DNA of 64,000 nt from contig OX597816.1 of NCBI GenBank assembly GCA_951406725.2, forward strand, positions 123,628,001 through 123,692,000, in the 5' to 3' direction. Position 1 is the first letter of the stretch, and every line of letters starts with the position of its first letter. Positions 39,887-52,444 of this stretch are shown here, piece after piece. This DNA is from Octopus vulgaris. Taxonomy: Eukaryota. The notes beneath the pieces are model-generated. The model made no database searches and was not told the DNA's origin. It saw nothing but the letters and a program-made list of their open reading frames with translations. The position numbers were made by a program, and so were the translations under genes.

Positions 39887-40155
39887 TGTATGTATATGTA
39901 TAAAAATTTATATGTATTTGTGTGTGTGCATGTGTGTGTCTTTGTGTCTGTGTTTGTGTCCCCACCACAGCTTGACAACCTGTGCTGGTGTATTTTCATC
40001 CCTGTAACTTAGCAGTTCAGCAGAAGAGACTGATAGAATAAGTACCCTGCTTTAGAAAATAAGCATTGAGTTCAATACATTTGACTAAAGATTCTTCAAG
40101 GCAGTGCTCCAGCATGGCTGCAGTCTAATGACTGAAACAAGTAAAAGATAAAAGA
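39262..40155. mobile_element. Family-B SINE (+) with a second family-B SINE (39450-39833, -) inserted antisense in its internal microsatellite
   Basis: Plus-strand head at 39262-39405 and plus-strand tail at 39920-40155, with a nearly complete minus copy between them. Confidence 0.8.
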
Positions 40156-40231
40156 ATACAAGATGATGGATATTGTGCTACATGGAAATATACTGACAGC
40201 ATGTTGATGACCAGTTTCCTTCTATTTGCAG

Positions 40232-40285
40232 ATACTACTGGCAGTAAAATCCAAGTGATTATAGATGAAATCAATAATGTTGGAA
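40232..40285 (+). CDS. Candidate 54-bp exon (DTTGSKIQVIIDEINNVG)
   Basis: Acceptor TTTCCTTCTATTTGCAG, donor GTAATT, phase 1-1. Confidence 0.15.
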
Positions 40286-40551
40286 GTAATTGGTTTGCAT
40301 TAATTGCATGTATTCTGCAAGGATGAGGGAGTTCAGGAAAACTTCATATAAGGGGTATGTTCAAAAGCTGCAAATAGGAACATCATCCCGCTGTAAATAC
40401 TACCAAGCAGATTGTTTGTAATTTATCAACACTCATCAGAATATCTGCCAACATGAAGTTGAGGTTGTGTATACTATTGCTGCAGGTAGAAGCTAAGAAT
40501 GTTAATCGTGAATGGTTGGTGATTTGTTACAAAAATTCAAAACTTGTAACT

Positions 40552-41328
40552 CAGAGCTGGCAGAAACGTTAATGCACCAGGCGAAATGCTTAGCGGTATT
40601 TCGTCTGCCGCTACGTTCTGAGTTCAAATTCCACCGAAGTCGACTTTGCCTTCCATCCTTTCAGAGTCAATTAGATAAGTACCAGTTACACACTGGGATT
40701 GACATAATTGACTTAATCTGTTTGTCTGTCCTTGTTTGTCCTCTTTGTGTTTAGCCCCCTGTGGGTAGTAAAGAAATAGGTATTTTGTCTGCCGTTATGT
40801 TCTGAGTTCAAATTCCGCCGAGGTCCACTTTGCCTTTCATCCTTTCAGGGTCGATTAAATAAGTACCAGTTATGCACTGGGGTTGATATAATCGACTTAA
40901 TCCGTTTGTCTGTTCTTGTTTGTCCTCTCTGTGTTTAGCCCCTTGTGGGTAGTAAAGAAATAGGTATTTTGTCTGTTGTTATGTTCTGAGTTCAAATTCT
41001 GCCAAGGTCGACTTTGCCTTTCATCCTTTCAGGGTCGATTAAATAAGTACCAGTTATGCACTGGGGTTGATATAATCGACTTAATCCGTTTGTCTGTTCT
41101 TGTTTGTCCTCTCTGTGTTTAGCCCCTTGTGGGTAGTAAAGAAATAGGTATTTTGTCTGTTGTTATGTTCTGAGTTCAAATTCTGCCAAGGTCGACTTTG
41201 CCTTTCATCCTTTTGGGGTCAATAAATTAAGTACCAGTTATGCACTGGGGTCGACATAATCGACTTAATCCCTTTGTCTGTCCTTGTTTGTCCCCTCTAT
41301 GTTTACTCCCTTGTGGGCAATAAAGAAA
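40552..41328 (+). mobile_element. Family-A SINE with one head and four tandem 184-bp bodies
   Basis: Units start at 40597, 40781, 40965 and 41149. Confidence 0.92.
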
Positions 41329-41814
41329 TTTTTAAAAAATCAACTCATCTAGTATATAACAGCAATTTCTAAAAGAAGCTTAGTCCATCAAACCATGCAA
41401 AATCAGTAAGACAATCTCTACACTTTGTATAATTTATCTTTTATTAAGTATCCATATAGTACAATAATATTAGCATTTCTTTACAAATTCTACATGAAAA
41501 AAATAATCCAGCCAAAGTACTACAGCTCACTAACACATACTGGGTTACTGGGAGCACTTAACCTCCAGTAGCACTTTTCCTATTATACAGTGATAGCAAA
41601 TATCACTGCAGCTGCTTAAGGAGAAATATTCTTGTCAAGCAGGACTGACTTAGTTCATTCAGACAAAGAAGAATATATGTATAATGAAATGATGATGATT
41701 GCGATTATGATGATAGTGACTGTGATATGTTCTATTCTTTAGAGATTGTGTACTTGACACCAAATACACACAAACACACAAAAACACACATATATGTATA
41801 TATAGATATGTATG

Positions 41815-41869
<55 letters not shown>

Positions 41870-41882
<13 letters not shown>

Positions 41883-41905
41883 CACACATATATACATATG
41901 TATGT

Positions 41906-41983
<78 letters not shown>

Positions 41984-42680
41984 CAACTTAACATATTTAT
42001 ATGTTTATTCTTATATTTTGAACTTTACTGTCTAAACAATACTAGTGTACTTGTATTGAGGAAATCACATAACCACGCTTCCTTTTCTTTTCTCTAAGAA
42101 AATCGATTTGATTTTGAAAATGATAGCATACTTAAATATGTTTATACTCAATTACATTGTTCAGTTTGTACAGTCAGGCAAATATAAACATAAGACAGGA
42201 GAACAAACTATTTGATAAGTAAAATAAAGAAGTTTTTAAAACTCCTCAATAACTTTTTTATTATGCATTCTTTAAAAAAACACGATTCTCAAATTTTTGT
42301 TTTGAACATCAAATATTCAGAATCTCGCGTTTTTATTTAATTTTATAAGAAAATTTAACAATGTAATTTATATCGTTTGATCTTCATTTGGCATTCTCAT
42401 TTCCGAACTGGCATAAGACGTTGAATGAAGACTTCCTTGGATCAGTATTTTGAGGTTGGAAGCTTCTTGCTATCATTGAAACCTTTCCGTTTTGCAAGTA
42501 AAGGATTTTTATATCACTTGTATTCATACAATATGGTTGAACAGAACATTGTGTTTATAGGAAACATAACCATGACATCAATATTTTTCTTCTTTTTATG
42601 TCATACTTAGCAAGCAGGGTAAACACACACACATACACACACACATACATATATATACATGTGTGTGTGTGTGTATACAG

Positions 42681-42719
<39 letters not shown>

Positions 42720-43130
42720 AGTGGCTGTGTAGTAAGTATCTTGCTTACCAACCACATGGTTGGTAAACTTTTACAATTCCGGAGTGTTATACTAATACAT
42801 CTGTTTGTTTTCTATACCACCTCTCTTCGTCTTTTGTCTTTTTGTGAATTCTCCCCCATATATATATATATATATATACACACACATATATACATATATA
42901 CATACACACACACACATATATATATATATATCATGATGATAATGATGATGATGATGATAATGTATATATGTATGTATATATGATGACTGTCTACTTTTGA
43001 CTGAGGAAGATTGCCACAATGCACGCATTTTCTAAGCGTGGTTATGTGATTTCCTCAATACAAGTACACTAGTATTGTTTAGACAGTAAAGTTCAAAATA
43101 TAAGAATAAACATATAAATATGTTAAGTTG

Positions 43131-43198
<68 letters not shown>

Positions 43199-43232
43199 AC
43201 ATACATATGTATATATGTGTGTATATATATAT
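41870..43232. repeat. Inverted duplication, arms ~41870-42080 and 43034-43232
   Basis: About 97 bp of unique sequence plus a compound microsatellite is mirrored, differing only in repeat counts. Confidence 0.92.
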
Positions 43233-43590
43233 TTTCCCTGCTGACGTCCCATATTTCAGATGCCTTTAATGAGGCCTTTACACAATCCTTAAACTGTTGT
43301 CTTAGTTTCTGCTAGGGGTACTTTCCACAAGCAAGTTCATCATATAGCATTTGCTTAGGGTACCTCTAATCATTCATCCAAAGAGGGATGGACTGAAGTT
43401 GTCGTGTACTATGCATGTGTGCTTATGCCACTCCTTTGCTCATGTGAGACATGGATCTTTTACAGGCATTATGTTAGGGTCCTTGAACACTTCCATCAGA
43501 GATGGCTGGTCCTTGCAGACTCTAGACATGGAGGTCTTGATGGGAGCTGACATGCTGAGCATTGAGGTGACAGTGCACAAGCACTGATTA
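43233..43590 (-). mobile_element. RTE (BovB-like) LINE C-terminal fragment
   Basis: Minus-strand PKQMLYDELACGKYP*QKLRQQFKDCVKASLK. Confidence 0.65.
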
Positions 43591-43760
43591 CACTAGGCTG
43601 GACAAATTGTTTAGATAAATGATATACATACATACGTACATACATAGATATAGCAATATAGTATTCTGTATACTACCAAAAACATATAATTCCTGCATAT
43701 ATAGATGTATATACATATATATTCATATATATATATGTGTGTGTGTGTGTGTGTATAAAT

Positions 43761-44323
43761 AAGAAAAAATATTAAATAGTGAAATGCAGTAGTATTGCTT
43801 CCTAGTAAAACAAAGCACCATCAGGTTAAAGTATGAATACGATAGTGGTACAAAACTGCACTACAACAATACACCAATATTTACTGGAAATAGCAGCCGA
43901 TAATATACGATGCTATAGTAAAGCTTCACTGTATATATATATACTGCCAAAAATGTTTGTGGGTGGCGGACATAAAAAATTTCATCTTACCTTTAAGAAG
44001 AACATTAAATAAATGTACAACCCAGATGTGGATAATCTAGGACCTAGATTTCGAACTTTCCAAATTAGGTTTGATAACATAAATTTGATTAGTTCTCATC
44101 AGCTAGATTCACCTAGACAAAGTTTCAAATGTCACTACATTAATGCCAGTATTTACGCATCTGAAATATCATTAACAGACCGAAAAGAGTGAAAAAGTTT
44201 TCAAAGAAAAAATTATTAAATAGTGCAATACAGTAGTATTGCTTCCCAGTAAAACAAAGCACCATCAGGTTAAAGTATAAATAAGATAGTGGTATTTCCA
44301 GTAAATATTGTTGCATTGTTGTA
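43761..44323. repeat. ~90-bp direct repeat (43761-43850, 44204-44294) plus 31-bp inverted segment (43862-43892, 44293-44323)
   Basis: Aligned by eye. Confidence 0.85.
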
Positions 44324-44469
44324 CCAGAGACTTTGGGCATTGATGAAATTCTGCTGGCCGGTCTTACCCCCACCCTTAAATTTGCTGATTTGGTGCTACA
44401 ATTTCAGACCAATATAAGGACTTTGTTAGACACATGAACATAGTCTTAATTGAGAATAATAATGTTCTT

Positions 44470-44672
44470 TTCTCCTCTAGGCACAAGACCCAAAATTTTA
44501 GGGGAGGAAGCCAGTTGATTAGATCAACCCCAGTATGCAACTGGTGTTTAATTTATCGACCCTGAAAGGATGAGAGGCAAAGTTGACCTCAGCAGAATTT
44601 GAACTCAGGATGTAAAGACAGACAAAATATTACAAAGCATTTCACTTGACATGTTTCTGCCAGCTCACCACT
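44470..44672 (-). mobile_element. SINE family A
   Basis: GAAAGGATGAGAGGCAAAGTTGACCTCAGCAGAATTTGAACTCAG. Confidence 0.75.
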
Positions 44673-45176
44673 TTGAGAATAATAATATTACTATCTGAAA
44701 GGATCACAACTTATTTTTTGGCTATTCTATTATGTTAAATTGAAACCTGCATCTTAAAGTTGGTTTCATTCTTCAAACTTTATTTTCCATTTCCAAACAC
44801 AATAACATTTCATCAGTCCTAAGCAAAGTAAACTTTTTTCTAAACTTTTACTAGTAAACATGGTTATAATGTGAATCTTGTTGAATAACAGCAACAAAAT
44901 TCCAAGTAAAATAATTGGATGCATCCATGTGAATTATAGTTCAATTTCGATAATTAGAAGTAAAAAAGTAAAAATAATCTATGAAATATATTGAGATGAC
45001 ATTTCAAAATATAAAATATAGATATTTATAGGCTGGTTATAAGATTAGAAAATATCAGAATATCAGATCATTTACTTGTTTTGATGAAAAACATATTGTA
45101 GGCCTCCAATTAATCCAGTAATGCATAATGGGCTCCAAACAAGATAGTCAGAATATCATACAATACAAAGTAAATT

Positions 45177-45625
45177 ATCATCATCATCATCATCATGCTT
45201 TAATGTTTGTTTTCCATGCTGGCATGGGTTGAACAGTTTAACCAGAGCAGGCAAGCAGGAGAGTTGCACCAGCTTTCAGTCTGATTCAGCTTGGTTTTTA
45301 TGGCTGGATGTCTTTCCTAATGGCCAACCATCTTACTGTGTGTGCTGGGTGCTTTTAACATAGAACTGGTACAAGCACTATTACATGGCACTGGCAAAAG
45401 TGCTTTTTCATGTGGCACCAGCACAGGAGTCTTGCAGGTCAAATGTCTTCATCAGAAGAGTGACCTTAACATTTCTGCTATAGATGACGGGCCTTCCTGA
45501 AAATAACAAGGCACCATATATCTCGTTTTCTTTTATTGTAATTTCCTCTGTAAAGTTCAGTGTCCTGAGGTTGTCCCTCAGTACTTCATTCCTGGGTCTC
45601 CCTCTCCCATGAGTTCCATCCTCTA
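45177..45625 (-). mobile_element. RTE LINE 3' end
   Basis: Minus-strand THGRGRPRNEVLRDNLRTLNFTEE, followed by the 3' UTR and (GAT)n tail. Confidence 0.75.
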
Positions 45626-45696
45626 GAATGGGAAAAAAAATTTGAATTAATATAGTGAATTTAGTTGATATGAATAGAGCTGTGCCTGAAGGAATA

Positions 45697-46705
45697 CCGT
45701 AAAAGCCCATGTAATTTGCACACCTGTGTAATTTACACATGTGATTTTTCAGGATAAAATAGGTTTAAAGAATGCTTCTTCTACTCATGTAAAATTCGCA
45801 CCTAAAAATTTTCAGAATTGCCACTATAGCCAGGAAAAAAACGGTTTTCAATTTAGTATAATTTCACTTACTTATGATTAGATTTTATTAAATTTTCATT
45901 AAATAACAATAATTTCTCTTTAACAGGTATCACATTGAAAGCTATTAAATTACAAAGTGTTTGTGTTGTTTATCATAAACTTTATTTCACATTCCTTGCC
46001 CACAAGAGATTATGTCCAATCTTTAGCATACTACTGTATGTCTTCTCAAATCAACGATCACAGGAAAAGTTGTTGATAAGAATTACCAACAAAAACAAAG
46101 CTGATAAACATGAACAGGTATTGCAAATTAAGTTTAATTACCAATAAAAATCAACTTGGATGAGACTTTACTCAGCTGACAGAAGAAGGTGACCAGTCAA
46201 ACTGATTATGTAAACAGAATTCTTTCCCGCCTATTCTTGTTGGAACCTTTGACACAAAAATTTGTCAGTATGAGCAGAACTTATGAATCGTTTACTGCAA
46301 AGGAGAAATTAAATATGTGTTCCATTGCAATAGATAGAAACTCCAAGCAATGTAAAATATGGCCCAGACCATGTTTACCAGCATGTATGTCAGACTTCAA
46401 AAACTAGTTAACCATTTAGTGGTTTTAGTAAGTTTAAACACAGAAAGTAAACATTATACCATCCAGCATAAATAAAAGTCAATTTCAATAAACATATTTA
46501 AGCCATTATTTTTTCTGTAAAACCCTATTCTGACATTAAATGAGTCAACTTATGGTATGAATTTTTGTTTTGTACATCTTTTTGCAACAAACAAAAATCT
46601 TTTTTTTGAATTCTGGAAATGATCTACTCAGGTAATTTACGCACACCCTAAAGTTTATTTTTATTTTTGTGAAAAAAAGCAAGTAAAGTACATGGGGTTT
46701 TATGG
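45697..46705 (+). mobile_element. Non-autonomous pogo/Tigger-like DNA transposon
   Basis: TIRs TA|CCGTAAAAGCCCATGTA and TACATGGGGTTTTATGG. Subterminal GTAATTT(A/G)C repeats. Residual N-terminus MSRTYESFTAKEKL is Brinker-DBD-like. Confidence 0.7.
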
Positions 46706-47777
46706 TTATTTATATCTCTTATTTAGAACTATTATATAGATTTCTATGACATTTGCACTTGGGCATGCATTTTAGAAGGAAGAAACATTTAATACTAATA
46801 TACTTCAGTATTTAGCTGGTATTTCATCAGCTTTGGAAAGCTGAAAGTCAAAGACAACCATGTCATCTCAGAATGCTGTAAAGTATTTCATCTAGTACTC
46901 TGTCAACTTTGCTATCTATCTTTCTTATAACACTTCTATATAGATATAACTATCAATATCATAAAGAGAAAGTGGTTGACCCTGTCAGAAGTTGACCTCT
47001 TTGCACACACACACACACATACACATGTGCACAAATGTACAACTGGCTTCATATTTAGTCTCTAAGTACTAAATTTATTCATAAGCCTTTGGTCAGTTTG
47101 GGTACCCCATAGTAGAACTGAACTTGAAGCCATGTGGTAAGAAAACAAAAAAGATAATTGTATTTAGAGCTTCAAAATCCAGAGAAAATGCATGTCAGTG
47201 ATACGTTTTATAAATAATTCCTACACAACACCATTGGATAAAAAGTTAACCTATCTCTAGAGGGTCCCCTGATGAACCTGGTAAATTTTAAAGAAAAACA
47301 GAAGTATAACAGTATTCAAATTTAAGATATGAAATTTGGGAATATCTAAAGAAATATTGGCCTAGGAGTGTGAATTAACATTCAGTTATTTACCTGTAGT
47401 TAGCCATAAGTAGATGAGTTATTGGTCTTCAAGCAAGCAGTTGAGGGCTAGCATTTTGTGTTGTGTCACTGGGGCTAACTATGTTGCCAGCCAAAATATT
47501 TATTTTTAAACAGCCAGGTCCATCCTATCAAAATTGTAGGTGTTGTTTAGGCCTATATCAATTTTTATCAAGAAGGCCTAAATCAAAGGCATTTCAGCCA
47601 GGACCATACTATTTTCTCTGAAATCATGTTTCTGAAAATTTATTATCCAGTATATTCTTTTCTTCTTTTAGACACTAGAAAAGGAAATTTGGCAGCTGTT
47701 TCTAGCAGGTAGAGTAAAAACATAGAAACTGCTCCACTGACTTCTTTAGCCTTTAGTTTTATTATTGTTTATCCCTA

Positions 47778-48200
47778 GGCACAGGAGTGGCTATGCGGTA
47801 ATAAGCTTGCTTACCAACCACATGGTCATGGGTTCAGTCCCACTGCGTGGCACCTTGGGCAAGTGCCTTCTACTATAGCCTTGGGCCGACCAAAGCCTTG
47901 TGAGTAGATTTGGTAGACGGAAACTGAAAGAAGCCCATCATATATATGTATATATAGATATATATGTGTGTATATCCTTATATGTCTGTGTTTGCCCCCC
48001 CCCCCCCCATCGCTTGACAACCGATGGTGGTGTGTTTATGTCCCTGTAACTTATAAGTTCGGCAAAAGAGACCAATAGAATAAGTACTAGTCTTACAAAG
48101 AATAAGTCCTGGGGTTGATTTGCTCGGCTAAAGGTGGTGCTCCAGCATGGCCACAGTCAAATGACTGAAACGAGTAAAAGAATAAAAGCATAAAAGAATA
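47778..48200 (+). mobile_element. Full-length SINE family B
   Basis: GGCACAGGAGTGGCTATGCGGTAA...GGTTCAGTCCC...TGACTGAAACGAGTAAAAGAATAAAAG. Confidence 0.85.
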
Positions 48201-50309
48201 AAGGCCACTCTGGTTGATAACACTTATGATTAAAGATGTTCCAGCCTTGACCATCTCCTTTTATTGTATAGCAATGATTACATTACACTTCTAATGCAAC
48301 TTTCCTTCTTTTAAGATAGTAGGGTATGATATGATATGATGGAGATTTAATTTATATTTCTAGCATGTCAACCAATTACACAGAGGTTTTTCTTATTGCT
48401 CCACCTTTTATTAAGTAAGTATCACCAGTGATATAACTCACAATGTAATAAGCAGAATCAGTGAAAATGCAGGGCTGATGAATATTTCATTGCCTTACAA
48501 TGCAATATTCAGCTCTTCCTATGGGAAAATTCAATCAGTAATATATTTACCTCTTACACAGATGATTTACCAGTTCAATGCTTTGGAAACTCAAGTGGAA
48601 AATTAGTCATGTCGACAGTTCAGATTTAAAAGCCATTAGTTTTAGTTGGTTCCTCAAAGGATACAAAATATTAGAAATGCTCTGATCAACAAGCTATGCC
48701 AAAAGGCATCAAAGTGCACCTCTATGCTATCAAACTGGATTGCATTTAATGCAAGACATTTTTACTACAATTTCCCCAAGGTACCACACTTCAATAATTT
48801 ATATTTTAATTATTCTCTGCATAGTTACGGGCTGCCCTTTGGCAAGGCATAGCTCCTTTTCAACCACTCTGTCAGGGACATGGTGAAGTCATGGGATTGG
48901 AGCATGGAACATTTCGAAGAGGTAGTAGAAGAGCTCAGCTGAGTCAACAGTGCTTCTTACATTGATACTGAGTGGAGGAATCCTTGAAGATCAACAGTCA
49001 GGATTACCAAACTCTATTAAGACAGTAACTGCAAAGCATCCATAGGAGTGGCCTCCATGGTTGTATAATCAGTTAATGAATAATTGACCTTGACTCAAGC
49101 CTGAAGACTCTATCTCCTCTCAAGAATAGCGAGCAGAGTGGCAATGGAGAGTCATTGGGAATCCATACAAGCAGCATAATTGAGATGATGATGTACTAAC
49201 TATTTACAACAGCAATGGTAATATGCGTAATATATGAAAGAGTAGAGTTTAGGATATACATTCAAGATAGGAAGCACAGTTTTGAAATGGTTGACAGCAA
49301 GTTCAAAGTTGAATCCAGTGTGATGTATTTGTTCATCAGGAATGAAAATCTAATTCTTTATTCAATAGTATAAGGGTTGAAGGGCTGATTGACCTTGTGA
49401 TCTTTTACATACTATAATTTATGATCTTTTATATACTATAAAAGCATAATTTGTTGAAGAATTACATAAAATTTTCCATAGATACAGGTATGGCTGTGTA
49501 GTAAAAAGCTTGCTTCCCAACCACATGGTTCTTAGTTCAGTTCCACAGTCTGGCACCTTGAGCAAGAGCCTTCTATTATAGTTTCAAACCAACCAAAAGC
49601 TGGTGAGTTGATTTGGTATGATATATTACAAATGTATCCTATGAATCATTACAAATTTACATGGCAACTATAAGGTAAAAAAAAAAACTAGTGACATCCT
49701 TTTAGGCATTGGTTATTTTAGGAGAAACTCACATTGTGTCAAGTATAATTTTATCGTTTACTTGAAATGAATTTACTGTTTTACACTGCAGTTATTTTTT
49801 TTAATTTGCAAATTCTGACTTCCTTTACAAGACTATTTGTCAGACTGTCATTGAATTGTTTACTCTTATTTTTTGTCGTGTCATTCTATGCAGTTCATCA
49901 GCAGCTGCAGATGGCAACAAGTGCATGTCAACTTTAAATTGTGTTAGGTTTAAAATATATTCTAATTCATTTAATGTAGCTTTACTGTTATTAATCTAAC
50001 TCCCAAATATTTCTGCACTTTACAGTTGGAAATATTGAGTGGTAGGATTACATGAGCTCTATGAGTATTTCATCCAGCAAATATTATGATTCAGATTTTA
50101 TACTTTTTTCAAATGATTCCTGTTTTGCTAGTGACTTTTTCTAAGGTTCAAATTCTGTCTTATACACTACAACATATACAGCAATTAACAGTGTCTGTTA
50201 TATTAAATGATTTAAGTAGTGTTGAAAAAAGGTTGTAGTGAAATAATTGTTGTTGGATTTTGTAAACAGTGGAAGCAATTCATTTAGATGTTGCTTTAAT
50301 TTCTTTCCT

Positions 50310-50897
50310 TTATCCCTTTACTTGTTCCTGTCTTTAAATGGCTTCCATATTGAAACACCAGCTTGAAGAATTTTTTAAAGCCTGGTATTTATTCTATTGA
50401 TCTCTTTTGCCAAACTGTTAAATTACAGAGATATAAACAAAGCTGTCCATCTTCCAAATCAATTCACATGCTTTTGGTTGGCTTGAAACTATAAAGGAAG
50501 ACACTTGCCCAAGTTGCTAGGCTGTGGGACTGAACTCAGAACCATGTGGTTGGGAAGCAAGCTTTTTACTACACAGCCATACCTGTACCTATGGAAAATT
50601 TTGTGTAATTCTTCACCAAATTATGCTTTTATAGTATATGAAAGATAATAAACCATAGTATGTAAAAGTTGTCAAGTAGTGGTGAGAGATGAACACAGAC
50701 ACAAAGACATGCATACATCGATATATATTTATATATATGATGGAATTCTTTCAGTTTCCTTCTACCAAATCCACTCACAAGGTTTTAGCCTGTCTGAGGC
50801 TACAGTAGAAGACACTGGCCCAAGGTGCCATGCAGTGGAACAAAACCTGGAACCATGTGGTTGGGAAGTAAGCTTCTTACCACACATCCATACCTGC
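50310..50897 (-). mobile_element. Cluster of family-B SINE fragments
   Basis: Two minus-strand heads ending at ~50590 and ~50897, plus a tail fragment. Confidence 0.7.
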
Positions 50898-51188
50898 ATC
50901 TGTTGATAAACAGTTTCTCTTTTCATGTGAAAATGAGACCAGATGAAGTATATGCAAGAAGTGAGATGGTGTGAGGTGTACATAAGCGTTGGATGTGGAA
51001 TATCACTAAGTCTGAAGAGAATGAGATGAGCTCAATTGAGAAGTGAGTAAAAGTGAGTTGAGGTTCTGAGTTTAAATTGCATCAGTTGGTGTATTCAAGA
51101 AGGTTGACTGTGTTAATATAAACCTGTAATATCAGCATGTGAAACATATATATATATAGTTACAACAAAATTTTATATCTTGGACATG

Positions 51189-51229
<41 letters not shown>

Positions 51230-51328
51230 ATAAATATAAACATATATATCTATATATCTATATATATATACGTTTACATATTTGTTGTGCAAGATTTTTT
51301 ATGTGAAGTCGTGTGTTGAAACAGATAT

Positions 51329-51765
51329 TGTTATATTTCGGAATGGTCATTTTGCCAGTTTAGCCAATAAACACATGAACAAAATAAGAATAAACAAAAA
51401 CAACAACAACAAAAACAAATTACATGAACGTATATAAACAGAAGATACAAATATTACAGGCATCCTCACCCCCACCCCCAGACACACACTAAATAAACAT
51501 AGACGCACATAGAGATATAAGCATGTGCAAATGAAGACATACAATAGAAATACAAAATGGCTGACGGTTAGTAAGGAGAGATGCAAATAAGAAAGAAGAA
51601 AACAAAGGACCACTGATGCGGTCACAGGAGTGTGACGAAAGAACTCTGGCCAAAATAAGATTAAGATTAATGTAAAAAGTAAATAACACTGAAGCAAAAT
51701 AGCACCAAATATATAGTGCGTGTGTTTTTATTGGCTAAACTGGCAAGATGACCATTCCGAAATAT

Positions 51766-51769
<4 letters not shown>
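51329..51769. mobile_element. Inverted-repeat element with TGT...ACA ends (Ginger-like MITE?)
   Basis: ~50-bp IRs TGTTATATTTCGGAATGGTCATTTTGCCAGTTTAGCCAATAAAA with ATAT on both flanks. The flank match could instead be part of the inverted repeat. Confidence 0.5.
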
Positions 51770-51805
<36 letters not shown>

Positions 51806-52008
51806 AAGTAGATAAATGAATTATCTTATTACAGATTATTCAAATGATAACCGACACCTGGGTAGCAAAAATCACAACAGAAAAAGCACGGTTGAGGTTA
51901 CGACCATGGGGCCTAAAATCATGCCTTAGTGCGGAAATTTGAAGTTTTATATATTTAGTGTAGGAAGAAATGGAGCTGAACGAAGATTTAACAAAATTCC
52001 TTTTTATT

Positions 52009-52094
52009 ATTTTCTACATATGTTTCAAAGGCTGCAAAGTCCCTAATTCGGATTGAATAAGGAATCCATTTTGCAGCCTTCTCTTCAGGAAAAT
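52009..52094 (-). ncRNA. Type I hammerhead ribozyme (mirror copy)
   Basis: Reverse complement of 52359-52444, with one difference in the helix II loop region. Confidence 0.85.
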
Positions 52095-52358
52095 CCAGGA
52101 ACTTAATTCTCCAACAAAATGCACAGCAAGCTTTTCGACAAACGCTCACGAGGAGCCCATGGAATAAATGGCACAAACTGTCTATCAATATGCGTTGACG
52201 CCAGGCTGGGTGAAAGCCGACGAGAAAGTCCGTCGGCTTTCACCCAGCCTGGCGTCAACGCATATTGATAGACAGTTTGTGCCATTTATTCCATGGGCTC
52301 CTCGTGAGCGTTTGTCGAAAAGCTTGCTGTGCATTTTGTTGGAGAATTAAGTTCCTGG

Positions 52359-52444
52359 ATTTTCCTGAAGAGAAGGCTGCAAAATGGACTCCTTATTCAA
52401 TCCGAATTAGGGACTTTGCAGCCTTTGAAACATATGTAGAAAAT
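52359..52444 (+). ncRNA. Type I hammerhead ribozyme, intact core
   Basis: AUUUUC-CUGAAGA-GAAGGCUGCAAA...UUUGCAGCCUUU-GAAA-C-AUAU-GUA^GAAAAU. Predicted cleavage after 52438. AATAAA at 52445. Confidence 0.85.
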
